DNA of 40,000 nucleotides from Acinetobacter sp. ANC 4558 (GTDB lineage Bacteria; Pseudomonadota; Gammaproteobacteria; Pseudomonadales; Moraxellaceae): NCBI RefSeq assembly GCF_002135375.1, contig NZ_NEGH01000007.1, positions 2,907 to 42,906 of the forward strand, read 5' to 3'. Shown piece by piece: positions 23,800 to 31,468 of this stretch (position 1 is its first letter; each line of letters starts with the position of its first letter). The notes under the pieces were generated by a model. It saw only the letters and a program-made list of their open reading frames with translations, ran no database searches and was not told where the DNA came from. The position numbers and the translations under genes were made by a program.

Positions 23800-24504
23800 A
23801 TGTTTTTAAAATCTAATGTTGATTACTTGTTGGGAAAACATAAAACCAATCCAAATGAGTTAAGTGAAAAACATGGCATACCCCAGTCAACAATTTTTCG
23901 AATTCAAAATGGACTAACTGAGAATCCAAGACAAAGTACGCTCAAGGCTATTTCAGATTGGTCTGGAGTTGATGTTGGTGACTTGCTAACTAAAGATTTA
24001 AGATTGCTAGATTTAATTCCAAATCGAATATCAATAGATGATTGGGATAGCAATACTCCACTAGATGATGATGAGGTTGAAATCCCATTTTTTAAAGATT
24101 TCTCTTTTGCGTGTGGTTCAGGTTCAATTAGCGAAGCTATTGCCAATGAAACACGTAAATTGCGCATGTCTAAAGCCACGCTTAGAAACTTATCTATAAC
24201 CAAAGATAATGCAGTAGCAGCCTCCGCTATTGGTGATTCAATGAACCCTACTATTAAAGATGGGGATACTATTCATGTAGATCTTGGTCGAAAAACCATT
24301 AAAGATGGGAAAATATTTGCGATTTGTATAGGTGGTCTTTTTTACTGTAAGCGCTTATACAATCTGCCATTTGGTGGGGTTCGTATTGCATCTGATAATT
24401 CTGAAGAGTTCCCAGAAATACAACTCACGGCGGAACAAATCATAGATCAAGATTTTCAAATTGTTGGCTGGGTTTGGCAGATATCATCTCTTGAAAGATG
24501 GTAA
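23800..24504 (+). CDS. CI-like repressor (XRE HTH + S24 LexA-like autopeptidase)
   Basis: An N-terminal HTH (LSEKHGIPQSTIFRIQNG) and a C-terminal S24 region (IGDSMNPTIKDGD ... CKRL). Confidence 0.9.
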   Translation: MFLKSNVDYLLGKHKTNPNELSEKHGIPQSTIFRIQNGLTENPRQSTLKAISDWSGVDVGDLLTKDLRLLDLIPNRISIDDWDSNTPLDDDEVEIPFFKDFSFACGSGSISEAIANETRKLRMSKATLRNLSITKDNAVAASAIGDSMNPTIKDGDTIHVDLGRKTIKDGKIFAICIGGLFYCKRLYNLPFGGVRIASDNSEEFPEIQLTAEQIIDQDFQIVGWVWQISSLERW

Positions 24505-24564
24505 ACACCACCATACTTTGTGGGGGCCACAAACTAAATTTAAAATATATTTATAGGGGATAGT

Positions 24565-25446
24565 ATGACAAAACATGAAGTTAATTTTGATTTTTACCAA
24601 TTAGTTTTTAGCTCTGGAAATAACTCAAGTGTAATCAATTGCTTTAATAAAATCATAAAAAATGAAGTTGAAGCTTTTGTTGATGTAAAGGACTATACGC
24701 GTGAATTATACAGATTGAGCTTCAATGAAACTGATAAATACTGGGCTGGTCAGTTTAGAAAATACAGAAAAAATCAACTTCCAGCATTTGCTCGACCTGG
24801 AGAAGATGAGATTGAATTGACTCTAGATGGTGATCAGGGAATTATTGAACGAAACTGTTTTATATTCTTCCCAATTAGAAATATTTTAATTTGGCAGCAT
24901 GATGCACACGCTAATAATCCTGAAAGGTTAGCTGATTTTTTATCAATCTTAAGTGCGGATAAAGTTGAAGTTGCTCCAATTTTAACAAAATCAGCATTAT
25001 TAAGATTAATGGATGGCAAAACAGAGGCTTTAAAATTCAAAATATCTGTTGCCAGGCCAACCGCCCCTAGTATGTATGATGAAAACAAATTTACAGCGGA
25101 TCTATTTTCTTTAATGAATAACTCAGGATCGGATTTGTTTAATTTAGTGGGCGGTGTTGATTTAAGATCTAAAGAATCGGGTGTTCTGGGTAGGTTTGTA
25201 AAAAGCGGTATAAGGACACTTGTGTCTTCTGGAGCTGCCAAAACAGCCAAGGTTCTAGTCTTAGAGAATGGAAAAAGAGAGTGGTTGGATTTAATTACTG
25301 ATAGGGTTAAAGCATCACGAGAACTTGAGTCAGGTAAAAAATCAATACCATTTTTAACTATGGTTGATATGATAAAATCAGTATACGATGAGAAGCTAGA
25401 GGTGTTAAATGAAATTCTTGGCAAGGAACAAGACACTCTTATTTAG
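24565..25446 (+). CDS. RexA-position soluble protein (293 aa), candidate sensor of a Rex-like exclusion pair
   Basis: It is co-oriented with cI, 60 nt downstream of it. It is soluble, and its size is close to lambda RexA. The patches RLADFL...DKVEVAPIL resemble RexA DLTDFL...ERVQIEPLM as I remember it. Confidence 0.5.
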   Translation: MTKHEVNFDFYQLVFSSGNNSSVINCFNKIIKNEVEAFVDVKDYTRELYRLSFNETDKYWAGQFRKYRKNQLPAFARPGEDEIELTLDGDQGIIERNCFIFFPIRNILIWQHDAHANNPERLADFLSILSADKVEVAPILTKSALLRLMDGKTEALKFKISVARPTAPSMYDENKFTADLFSLMNNSGSDLFNLVGGVDLRSKESGVLGRFVKSGIRTLVSSGAAKTAKVLVLENGKREWLDLITDRVKASRELESGKKSIPFLTMVDMIKSVYDEKLEVLNEILGKEQDTLI

Positions 25447-25858
25447 TTTTCTTATATCAGTAGTTGTCTGTGGCGTCTTAATCAACTATCAAGGTGTAAT
25501 TGTTGATTTTAAAGATGGCGGTCAAAATACACCTTACGAAATAGCAAAACTCATATCTAGTATAAGTGGGACTATTTTAGGTTTTTTACTTACAGCAGTT
25601 GCTATGTTAACAGCTGTTATGGATAGAAAATTAGTGGAAAACATGCGTAAAACAGGCCACTATAGAGTTTTTATTGTTGATTGTTTTATTAACTGTTTTT
25701 TACTTTTGTGGACCATGGTATTTGGAATTATTACTCTTTTTACAGTAAATCCTTATCTAAGCTATGTTTTTTATATAATGATATTTTTTTCAATTACTGC
25801 AATATTATTCTTAATAACTCAAGGCCATAGGTTTTTGTTAATTTTTACAAGAATATAA
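25409..25858 (+). CDS. RexB-position four-TM membrane protein (149 aa)
   Basis: GAGG SD upstream. Four hydrophobic helices (residues ~10-26, 49-70, 87-111, 117-137). LISSISGTILGFLLTAVAML..RKLVENMRKTGHY resembles RexB LSSYAGTMIAILIAALTFL..RRLAKIREYGY as I remember it. Confidence 0.55.
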   Translation: MKFLARNKTLLFSFLISVVVCGVLINYQGVIVDFKDGGQNTPYEIAKLISSISGTILGFLLTAVAMLTAVMDRKLVENMRKTGHYRVFIVDCFINCFLLLWTMVFGIITLFTVNPYLSYVFYIMIFFSITAILFLITQGHRFLLIFTRI

Positions 25859-25867
25859 AACTCCATC

Positions 25868-25893
25868 AACCCACCCAGCGTGGGTTTTCTTTT
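25868..25893 (+). terminator. Intrinsic terminator ending the cI operon
   Basis: AACCCAC-ccagc-GTGGGTT followed by TTCTTTT. Confidence 0.7.
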
Positions 25894-25921
25894 GCCTATT
25901 AAAACATAAATTAAAAAAATA

Positions 25922-25970
25922 ATTCATATATGCATAATTTACTATTGCATAAATCTATTCACTAGTGAAT
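25922..25970. promoter_or_regulatory. OL-like operators and early-left promoter
   Basis: A perfect site at 25957-25970 (ATTCACTAGTGAAT) and an imperfect one at 25922-25935 (ATTCATATATGCAT). They overlap a TTGCAT-N17-AATAAT promoter candidate that faces the 26048 gene. Confidence 0.65.
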
Positions 25971-26047
25971 AATAATTTACATCAAAAACAAAAAAAGCAC
26001 ACCGACCTTCTACTTTCAGTGTGCTTCTGCTAAACAGCGAGATAAGT

Positions 26048-26305
26048 ATGAAACAAATTCCATCACATAGCAACACACCGACCTTTGGTGTGAAAAGCCA
26101 AACAACCTCTTTTCTATATCAACCGCCTACTAAGGCGAACACTGTTCGATACAAATCCAAGTCAGGTTTGGTTGGTGCATCCCTTTTCGTCATCGCCGTG
26201 GTTTCTTTCTCTCTCTTTCTGAAGGGTTGTGCTGATGATGTAGATCGCCAACAAACGGCGTCTTTCAAATATCAAGAACAAACAACGAACCTCTTATCTA
26301 AATAG
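26048..26305 (+). CDS. Hypothetical single-TM protein, first gene of the early-left operon
   Basis: ATG 26048 is the internal M10 of the track ORF. A hydrophobic helix LVGASLFVIAVVSFSLFL is present. Confidence 0.45.
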   Translation: MKQIPSHSNTPTFGVKSQTTSFLYQPPTKANTVRYKSKSGLVGASLFVIAVVSFSLFLKGCADDVDRQQTASFKYQEQTTNLLSK

Positions 26306-26548
26306 GTGTCTCTCATGGCGAAACATAGAAAAGTTAATCCTCTTATGAGTACTGCATTTGTGATTTGGCTTACTCACCTTGGCTATAAAGGTGTTTTAAA
26401 AAATGGCGTTGTTTGTTTTTACCACACAGTTACAAGTAAGAATTTTCCACGCGATGTCATGATCATGGAAAAAGGTCGCTTGAATAAACCTGCAACTCAG
26501 CTTTTTGAAGAGTTTAAAAAATACAATCCTTTTGGTGAGGTGGCGTGA
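26306..26548 (+). CDS. Hypothetical protein
   Basis: An 80-aa ORF with a GTG start at 26306 (an ATG at 26315 is also possible). Confidence 0.45.
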   Translation: MSLMAKHRKVNPLMSTAFVIWLTHLGYKGVLKNGVVCFYHTVTSKNFPRDVMIMEKGRLNKPATQLFEEFKKYNPFGEVA

Positions 26549-26853
26549 TGGGAATTAAGAAAAGAGTAACTCTCACTGTTGAGGTTGAAATGGATATTGA
26601 GCTTGATGAGGAGTTTAGCAATTTATCTCCTGAGCTAATAAAAGATATTAATTCTTGTGGTTATAGCATCTCAAGCTCTGATGAACTTTATGTTGCTGCT
26701 GCAAAATTAGTTTTGAATGGTGGTCAAAATTCTGCATGGGATGTTTTTGGACTGGTAACACCTTACTGGAATAAAGGGCGTGAAAGTATTCCGGATAGCA
26801 GCACGTTCTTTGATCGAATTGACCTGCATGTTGAAGACTGGGAGGTGGTGTAA
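26545..26853 (+). CDS. Hypothetical acidic protein
   Basis: A 102-aa ORF that overlaps the upstream stop by 4 nt. Confidence 0.5.
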   Translation: MMGIKKRVTLTVEVEMDIELDEEFSNLSPELIKDINSCGYSISSSDELYVAAAKLVLNGGQNSAWDVFGLVTPYWNKGRESIPDSSTFFDRIDLHVEDWEVV

Positions 26854-27200
26854 TGGAAATCAAACAATTAACCCCTGCTGAAATTACTCGTAATGACTAC
26901 GGTTTTTGGACTCATCCAGTTTTAGATGAATATCTGAATCAAGTGCTTGGGGATCGTGAATTTATGACAAATTCCGAACACCTACACATGATGAATTATT
27001 TCAATATCAATTTGCGACAAACACAAATGGAATGGGATTGTTCAGAAGAATTATCTGATAAATATTGGGGTGATGGTGATATTGATGCTGTTGCTGAATG
27101 GCAACCCACACAGCCCCAAGGTGATGGATGGTTCTTAGTTTCAATCAATGACACTGATGATGGTCCGATCGCATGGTGGGCAAAGGAAAAGGTGGCGTGA
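26853..27200 (+). CDS. Hypothetical protein
   Basis: A 115-aa ORF with a start/stop overlap. Confidence 0.5.
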   Translation: MEIKQLTPAEITRNDYGFWTHPVLDEYLNQVLGDREFMTNSEHLHMMNYFNINLRQTQMEWDCSEELSDKYWGDGDIDAVAEWQPTQPQGDGWFLVSINDTDDGPIAWWAKEKVA

Positions 27201-27544
27201 TGGATATTCAAAATTTAGCAAGTGCATCAATGGTTGTTATTCACTCCCTACTGGCGATGCTTAAGGATAATAATATTGATGTTAATTCTGCTGTTATGCG
27301 GTTATCAAGTGCAAGTGGTGAAGCTGTTTCACCAGAAGTTAATTTGGGTGAATTGACACAACAAACATTGGATGAGCTGCAAAAGGCTAAAACTCAAAAA
27401 TTGACTGTGCCAAAGGGTTTTGTTTTGGTGCCGAGAGAGCCTACGGATGAAATGATAATGGCTGGATATCAAAGCAAAGATAAAACAAACAATTTAAGAG
27501 TGAATTATCAAGCCATGATCGAAGCACAGGAGCAAGTGGGATGA
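27200..27544 (+). CDS. Hypothetical protein (C-terminus ..AMIEAQEQVG)
   Basis: ATG 27200 overlaps the upstream TGA. The track start at 27173 lies inside the previous gene. Confidence 0.5.
   Translation: MDIQNLASASMVVIHSLLAMLKDNNIDVNSAVMRLSSASGEAVSPEVNLGELTQQTLDELQKAKTQKLTVPKGFVLVPREPTDEMIMAGYQSKDKTNNLRVNYQAMIEAQEQVG
27515..27544 (+). repeat. 30-bp gene-junction repeat, copy 1
   Basis: ATGATCGAAGCACAGGAGCAAGTGGGATGA. It matches 27994-28023 at 29 of 30 positions and contains the SD and ATGA start of the next gene. Confidence 0.85.
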
Positions 27545-28023
27545 GTATTTCTGAATTTCAATATGATGGTGAGGCCATTGTAGTTGGTAGCGAAAACTGG
27601 AAAGAGTGGATTCTGTCAGCAGATCCTTTTGAAGGTGACTTTGATGATAGTCAGCACCTTTCGGATAAGATCGTTAAAACTCGAAAAGCCACTCAACTCT
27701 GTTCTGATTGCCTATCAATCTGTGTTTCTGGAACATATAACCGCGTTATTACAGTTTCGGAACACGGCAGTTTAATTACCAATCGTTATTGCCAAGAGTG
27801 CTGTACAGCCATGGCTTTTGATGAGCTTCATCAAGACTATAAGCAATATGATGAAGATAGTGAAAATTATCCAGAAGAAGAAATAATGTTGATTGATGTG
27901 CGACAACAGCTACGTACGGTAAATGAAAATTTTCTAATTAAAAAATTGGGTAAACGATATTTTGATAAACCTAAAGAAGACCTTTACAAGGTAATGATCG
28001 AAGCACGGGAGCAAGTGGGATGA
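27541..28023 (+). CDS. Hypothetical Cys-rich protein (C-terminus ..VMIEAREQVG)
   Basis: A 160-aa ORF with CSDC...CVSG...CQECC. The 30-bp junction repeats bracket it exactly. Confidence 0.5.
   Translation: MSISEFQYDGEAIVVGSENWKEWILSADPFEGDFDDSQHLSDKIVKTRKATQLCSDCLSICVSGTYNRVITVSEHGSLITNRYCQECCTAMAFDELHQDYKQYDEDSENYPEEEIMLIDVRQQLRTVNENFLIKKLGKRYFDKPKEDLYKVMIEAREQVG
27994..28023 (+). repeat. 30-bp gene-junction repeat, copy 2
   Basis: ATGATCGAAGCACGGGAGCAAGTGGGATGA. Confidence 0.85.
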
Positions 28024-28307
28024 AATTAACACCGATTCGTTTTGATGATACTAGGCATCCCACTAAAAAAGGTTTGGCTGATAATGTTATTTCAGTGAAA
28101 GCTAAAATCTTAGGAGATTACTCAGAGCATGGACGAAGTTATTACGTAGTTGAATGTGGTTTTTGTAAGAGTGATTTTGATGCTTACAAGTGGTGTATTT
28201 GGGGCGGCGGTAAAAGATGCCCTCATTGCAAAGCATTAATGGGGTCTAGTTTTGATATGTATCAATGGAGACAACTTACAAATGTTGAGGAGCCAGCCAA
28301 TGACTGA
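28020..28307 (+). CDS. Hypothetical zinc-ribbon-like protein
   Basis: A 95-aa ORF containing CGFC....CPHC. Confidence 0.5.
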   Translation: MKLTPIRFDDTRHPTKKGLADNVISVKAKILGDYSEHGRSYYVVECGFCKSDFDAYKWCIWGGGKRCPHCKALMGSSFDMYQWRQLTNVEEPAND

Positions 28308-28527
28308 AATTCAACAAATTGAAATGCATGAAATTCGCAAATTATTAAACGCCGTTGAAATTCTTGCTGTACGTCCTGCTCAGTGTAGTGAAAATACAAT
28401 TGGTGAAGCAGTTGCATATTTTAAGAAGTTGTTAATTGATCGTACTAATGGTTTATTTTCTATCGAATTAGTGGTGAACGGCGTTGTGGTAGCTGATCAG
28501 GAGCCAGTCAATGAATGCAATCATTAA
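28300..28527 (+). CDS. Hypothetical protein
   Basis: ATG 28300 with GAGGAG 7 nt upstream. The track start at 28252 lies inside the previous gene. Confidence 0.45.
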   Translation: MTEIQQIEMHEIRKLLNAVEILAVRPAQCSENTIGEAVAYFKKLLIDRTNGLFSIELVVNGVVVADQEPVNECNH

Positions 28528-29248
28528 TTTAAATACAGCCTCCATGAATAGCTTGGAAATTTCCGAGCTAGTTCAAACCGAACATCGTAACGTCAAAGTC
28601 TCTATAGACAGATTAATGAAAAAAGGAGTAATCCGAAATGCTCCAATGACGAATGTCGAAAAAATCAATAACTTAGGCTTAAAAACCCAAGTTGGTATTT
28701 ATGTTTTTGAGGGTGAGCAAGGTAAACGTGACAGCATCATTGTTGTTGCTCAGCTCTGCCCTGAATTCACAGCTGCTCTCGTTGATCGTTGGCACCATCT
28801 TGAAAACCAAAAGCCAAGAGAATTGTCTCGGATGGAAATTCTTCAAATGGCATTACAGGCTGAAGAAGAAAAACAGGTCCTACAAAACCAAGTTGCTATT
28901 CTTGAACCCAAAGCACAAGCATTAGAAGCAATTGCTAATACAAACGGCACGTACACGATCCGCGAATGTGCTAAAGCATTAAATGTTGGTGAACGTAAAC
29001 TTATTGATCTTTTACTGGATAAGAAATGGATTTATCGAGAAGAGCATGGCCGATTACAGCCGTACTCAACCAAACGTGAAGCTGGCATTTTTATCAATCG
29101 CCCTTCCCCTGTCATTATGAATAAAAACACTGGTGAAGAAAAAGTACATTTACACATGAGAATCACGGCGTTAGGTCTGACTAAAATTACTGAATTGATA
29201 AATCGGTGTATGAATATAGAAGTTAAAAAATTAAGAGGGGTGGGATAA
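28511..29248 (+). CDS. Rha-family regulatory protein with a KilAC/antirepressor C-terminal domain
   Basis: The N-terminus MNSLEISELVQTEHRNVKVSIDRLMKKG is Rha-like. The C-terminus YTIRECAKALNVGERKLIDLLLDKKWIYREEHGRLQPY is KilAC-like. Confidence 0.65.
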   Translation: MNAIINLNTASMNSLEISELVQTEHRNVKVSIDRLMKKGVIRNAPMTNVEKINNLGLKTQVGIYVFEGEQGKRDSIIVVAQLCPEFTAALVDRWHHLENQKPRELSRMEILQMALQAEEEKQVLQNQVAILEPKAQALEAIANTNGTYTIRECAKALNVGERKLIDLLLDKKWIYREEHGRLQPYSTKREAGIFINRPSPVIMNKNTGEEKVHLHMRITALGLTKITELINRCMNIEVKKLRGVG

Positions 29249-29448
29249 TGGGAATCAAATTACTAAACATCAATCAGGTCTCTTTGAAAATTGGCATGTC
29301 CAAGCCAACTATATATAACTGGATTAAGAGTGGTTACTTCCCTGCCTCAACTTTATTTGGTGAAGGAAAGAGACAATTAGCTAGGTGGAGAGAAGAAGAA
29401 ATTGACGACTGGATTAAACAACATTACACTGAAACCAGAGCCTCTTAG
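29248..29448 (+). CDS. AlpA-family excisionase / DNA-binding protein
   Basis: A 66-aa ORF with LLNINQVSLKIGMSKPTIYNWIKSGYFP...W.EEEIDDWI. It is the last phage gene before the att fragment. Confidence 0.7.
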   Translation: MGIKLLNINQVSLKIGMSKPTIYNWIKSGYFPASTLFGEGKRQLARWREEEIDDWIKQHYTETRAS

Positions 29449-29465
29449 ATTGAGGCTTTAATTTT
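29439..29465 (+). terminator. Intrinsic terminator of the early-left operon
   Basis: AGCCTC-ttagatt-GAGGCT followed by TTTAATTTT. Confidence 0.6.
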
Positions 29466-29555
29466 ATTGACACTTTTTATTTTAGCGGCATATATAACGG
29501 TATATTATTTTCATTAAAAAAATATAGTAATAAATATCAAGTAAATAGTTTATAA

Positions 29556-29579
29556 GTTCGAGTCCCGCAGAGCGCACCA
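29556..29579 (+). other. tRNA 3'-end fragment (T-loop, T-stem 3' strand, acceptor 3' strand, ACCA): probable prophage att core
   Basis: GTTCGAGTCCCGCAGAGCGCACCA. The upstream sequence is AT-rich and cannot form the rest of a tRNA, so this is a fragment and not a gene. Confidence 0.65.
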
Positions 29580-29995
29580 CCTCACAAATATGATTAAAAT
29601 AAAAACATAAAATTAAATTAAAATCTTTCTCATTTAAAAAATAAATTCTATAAACCATTAATATTTATCATCTTAACTACCTATACAATATTTCGAATAC
29701 TTATTTTTTTAATTTTAAAAAATGTATATTTTTCACTCAAATAAAATTCAATTCAAAAATATTTTACTTAATAAATAACAGATAGTTAGCCTTAAAAATA
29801 TACGCTTAATAATTTTTTAGATTAAAATTTAAACTGTATATTCACATTTAGAGCATTTACTCTTATTTTAATTATGGTATTTTTGTCACATGGAGTAACA
29901 AATGATTTCAGTTGAAGAAACAGATCTCCACAATCACATCTAAAAGTATTAGCAAAAAAGTGGTTATTACCTTTGCATCTCAGGGAACATAAAGA

Positions 29996-31426
29996 ATGAA
30001 ATTAAAAACACTTAGTACCGCAATGATTCTTGCAACCGTGCCAATGACTGGAGCGTTCGCAGCTGCTATGGATCGCTCAGGTCAATCAGTTTCAGCTTTT
30101 CTACAACCAGGCAACTATTTTGAAGCTGGTGTATCTGTATTAGATCCAAATGTTTCAGGTAAAGAAGCAGGAACATCAACAACAAGACGAAATATTGAGG
30201 ATATGGGGAAAGGATATTACTTCCCAAATGCTGCAATTAAAATTCAAATTAATGACAAATTCTCTTTTGGTCTACTCTACGATCAACCATTTGGTGCAAA
30301 AGCAGAATATACAGGTGACAACGTTTTTGTTTCTAGTCCAGGCAATGATGTTGTTTTAGGTGCAGCTGCAATTGATGGGATCATTACAAAAAAAGCAGCG
30401 CAATATTTAGCTAGTCAAGGTGTTAATAATCCAACACAAGCACAAATTGATGCAGTCAAGCCAGTCATAGCAGGTCAATTAGATCCTGTTCTTACAAATG
30501 CAAATAATTCATTAGGTGAAGGTCGAACGCAAGTTGATGTACATACTGATAATTTATCCTTTATTTTTGGTTATCAGCCTATTGAAAATCTAAACGTTTA
30601 CGCAGGACCAGTTTATCAACGTGCAAGAGGTGATGTACATTTACGTGGTCAAGCCTATAGCCTATTCAATGGTTACGATGCCCGAATTAAAGAAACAGGT
30701 GAAGTTGGCTGGCTTGGTGGTGTTGCGTATCAAATTCCAGACATTGCATTAAAAACATCCTTAACCTATCGTTCAAAAATCAAACACAAAGCTAAGACAG
30801 ATGAAAGCTTAGCTTTATTGGACAATATGAATCCTGCTGCTTTACAAGCATTACTAAAAGATGGTATAGGCTTAAATGATGAACAAATTGCCAGTTTAGG
30901 CAAAAAAGGGAAAACTGAAATTACCACGCCACAATCTGTAAATTTAGATTTTCAGTCTGGCATTATGGAAAATACTGTTGCCTTCTTAAATGTCCGCTGG
31001 GTAGATTGGTCAAGCTTTAGCATTCAACCGACACAGTTCGGCAATATTAGTAAAGCTGTTGGTGGCTTAGTGAAGAAACCTGATGGTTTCAATTTAGTTC
31101 AATATTCTAAAGATCAATGGTCTGTGAATACAGGTCTAGGTCGTAAGTTTACCGATAAATGGGCTGGTAATTTCTCAGTAGGTTGGGATTCTGGTGCAGG
31201 TAACCCAGTAACAACACTTGGTCCAACCAAAGGTTTTTGGAGTCTCGGTTTAGGCGGTCAATATAGCCCAGCGAAAGATTATTTCCTTCAAGCAGGTATT
31301 CGATACTTCTGGTTAGGTGATGCTAAAGCACAAACGGGTGCACAAGCTGATACTCCAGAATATGTGGCTAAATTCGAGAAGAACTATGCTATCGGCTATG
31401 CTGTAAAAATTGGCTATCGCTTCTAA
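29996..31426 (+). CDS. FadL/OmpP1-family outer-membrane hydrophobic-compound transporter (long paralog, 476 aa)
   Basis: A signal peptide, the N-terminal hatch motif AAMDRSGQSVSAFLQPGNY, and a C-terminal beta-signal ..KIGYRF. Confidence 0.85.
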   Translation: MKLKTLSTAMILATVPMTGAFAAAMDRSGQSVSAFLQPGNYFEAGVSVLDPNVSGKEAGTSTTRRNIEDMGKGYYFPNAAIKIQINDKFSFGLLYDQPFGAKAEYTGDNVFVSSPGNDVVLGAAAIDGIITKKAAQYLASQGVNNPTQAQIDAVKPVIAGQLDPVLTNANNSLGEGRTQVDVHTDNLSFIFGYQPIENLNVYAGPVYQRARGDVHLRGQAYSLFNGYDARIKETGEVGWLGGVAYQIPDIALKTSLTYRSKIKHKAKTDESLALLDNMNPAALQALLKDGIGLNDEQIASLGKKGKTEITTPQSVNLDFQSGIMENTVAFLNVRWVDWSSFSIQPTQFGNISKAVGGLVKKPDGFNLVQYSKDQWSVNTGLGRKFTDKWAGNFSVGWDSGAGNPVTTLGPTKGFWSLGLGGQYSPAKDYFLQAGIRYFWLGDAKAQTGAQADTPEYVAKFEKNYAIGYAVKIGYRF

Positions 31427-31446
31427 AATTAATAAAATTTAAAAAA

Positions 31447-31468
31447 GGCAGTTTTCACTGCCTTTTTT
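31447..31468 (+). terminator. Intrinsic terminator
   Basis: GGCAG-ttttca-CTGCC followed by TTTTTT. Confidence 0.7.

Larger units (their letters stand above)
1..29579. mobile_element. Prophage with lambdoid regulatory layout, HK97-like head and siphovirus tail; right end at a tRNA 3'-end-like att fragment, left end beyond the window
   Basis: Contiguous phage modules (tail, head, terminase, HNH, accessory island, RusA, O/P replication with iterons, cII/cro-operators-cI, early-left operon, AlpA-like Xis). Chromosomal genes begin abruptly after ~29580. Confidence 0.9.

Noticed and set aside
24834-25436. 200-aa minus-strand ORF
   Set aside because: It is antisense to the RexA-position gene, Ser/Leu-rich and low-complexity, with no RBS and no operon context.
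29581-29995. Very AT-rich 415-bp stretch after the att fragment, considered as possible phage DNA or a small-RNA locus
   Set aside because: It contains no ORFs or convincing structures. It is most simply the promoter and regulatory region of the downstream FadL-family gene. An imperfect inverted repeat TTGTCAC..GTAACAA near 29885 was noted but is too weak to call.
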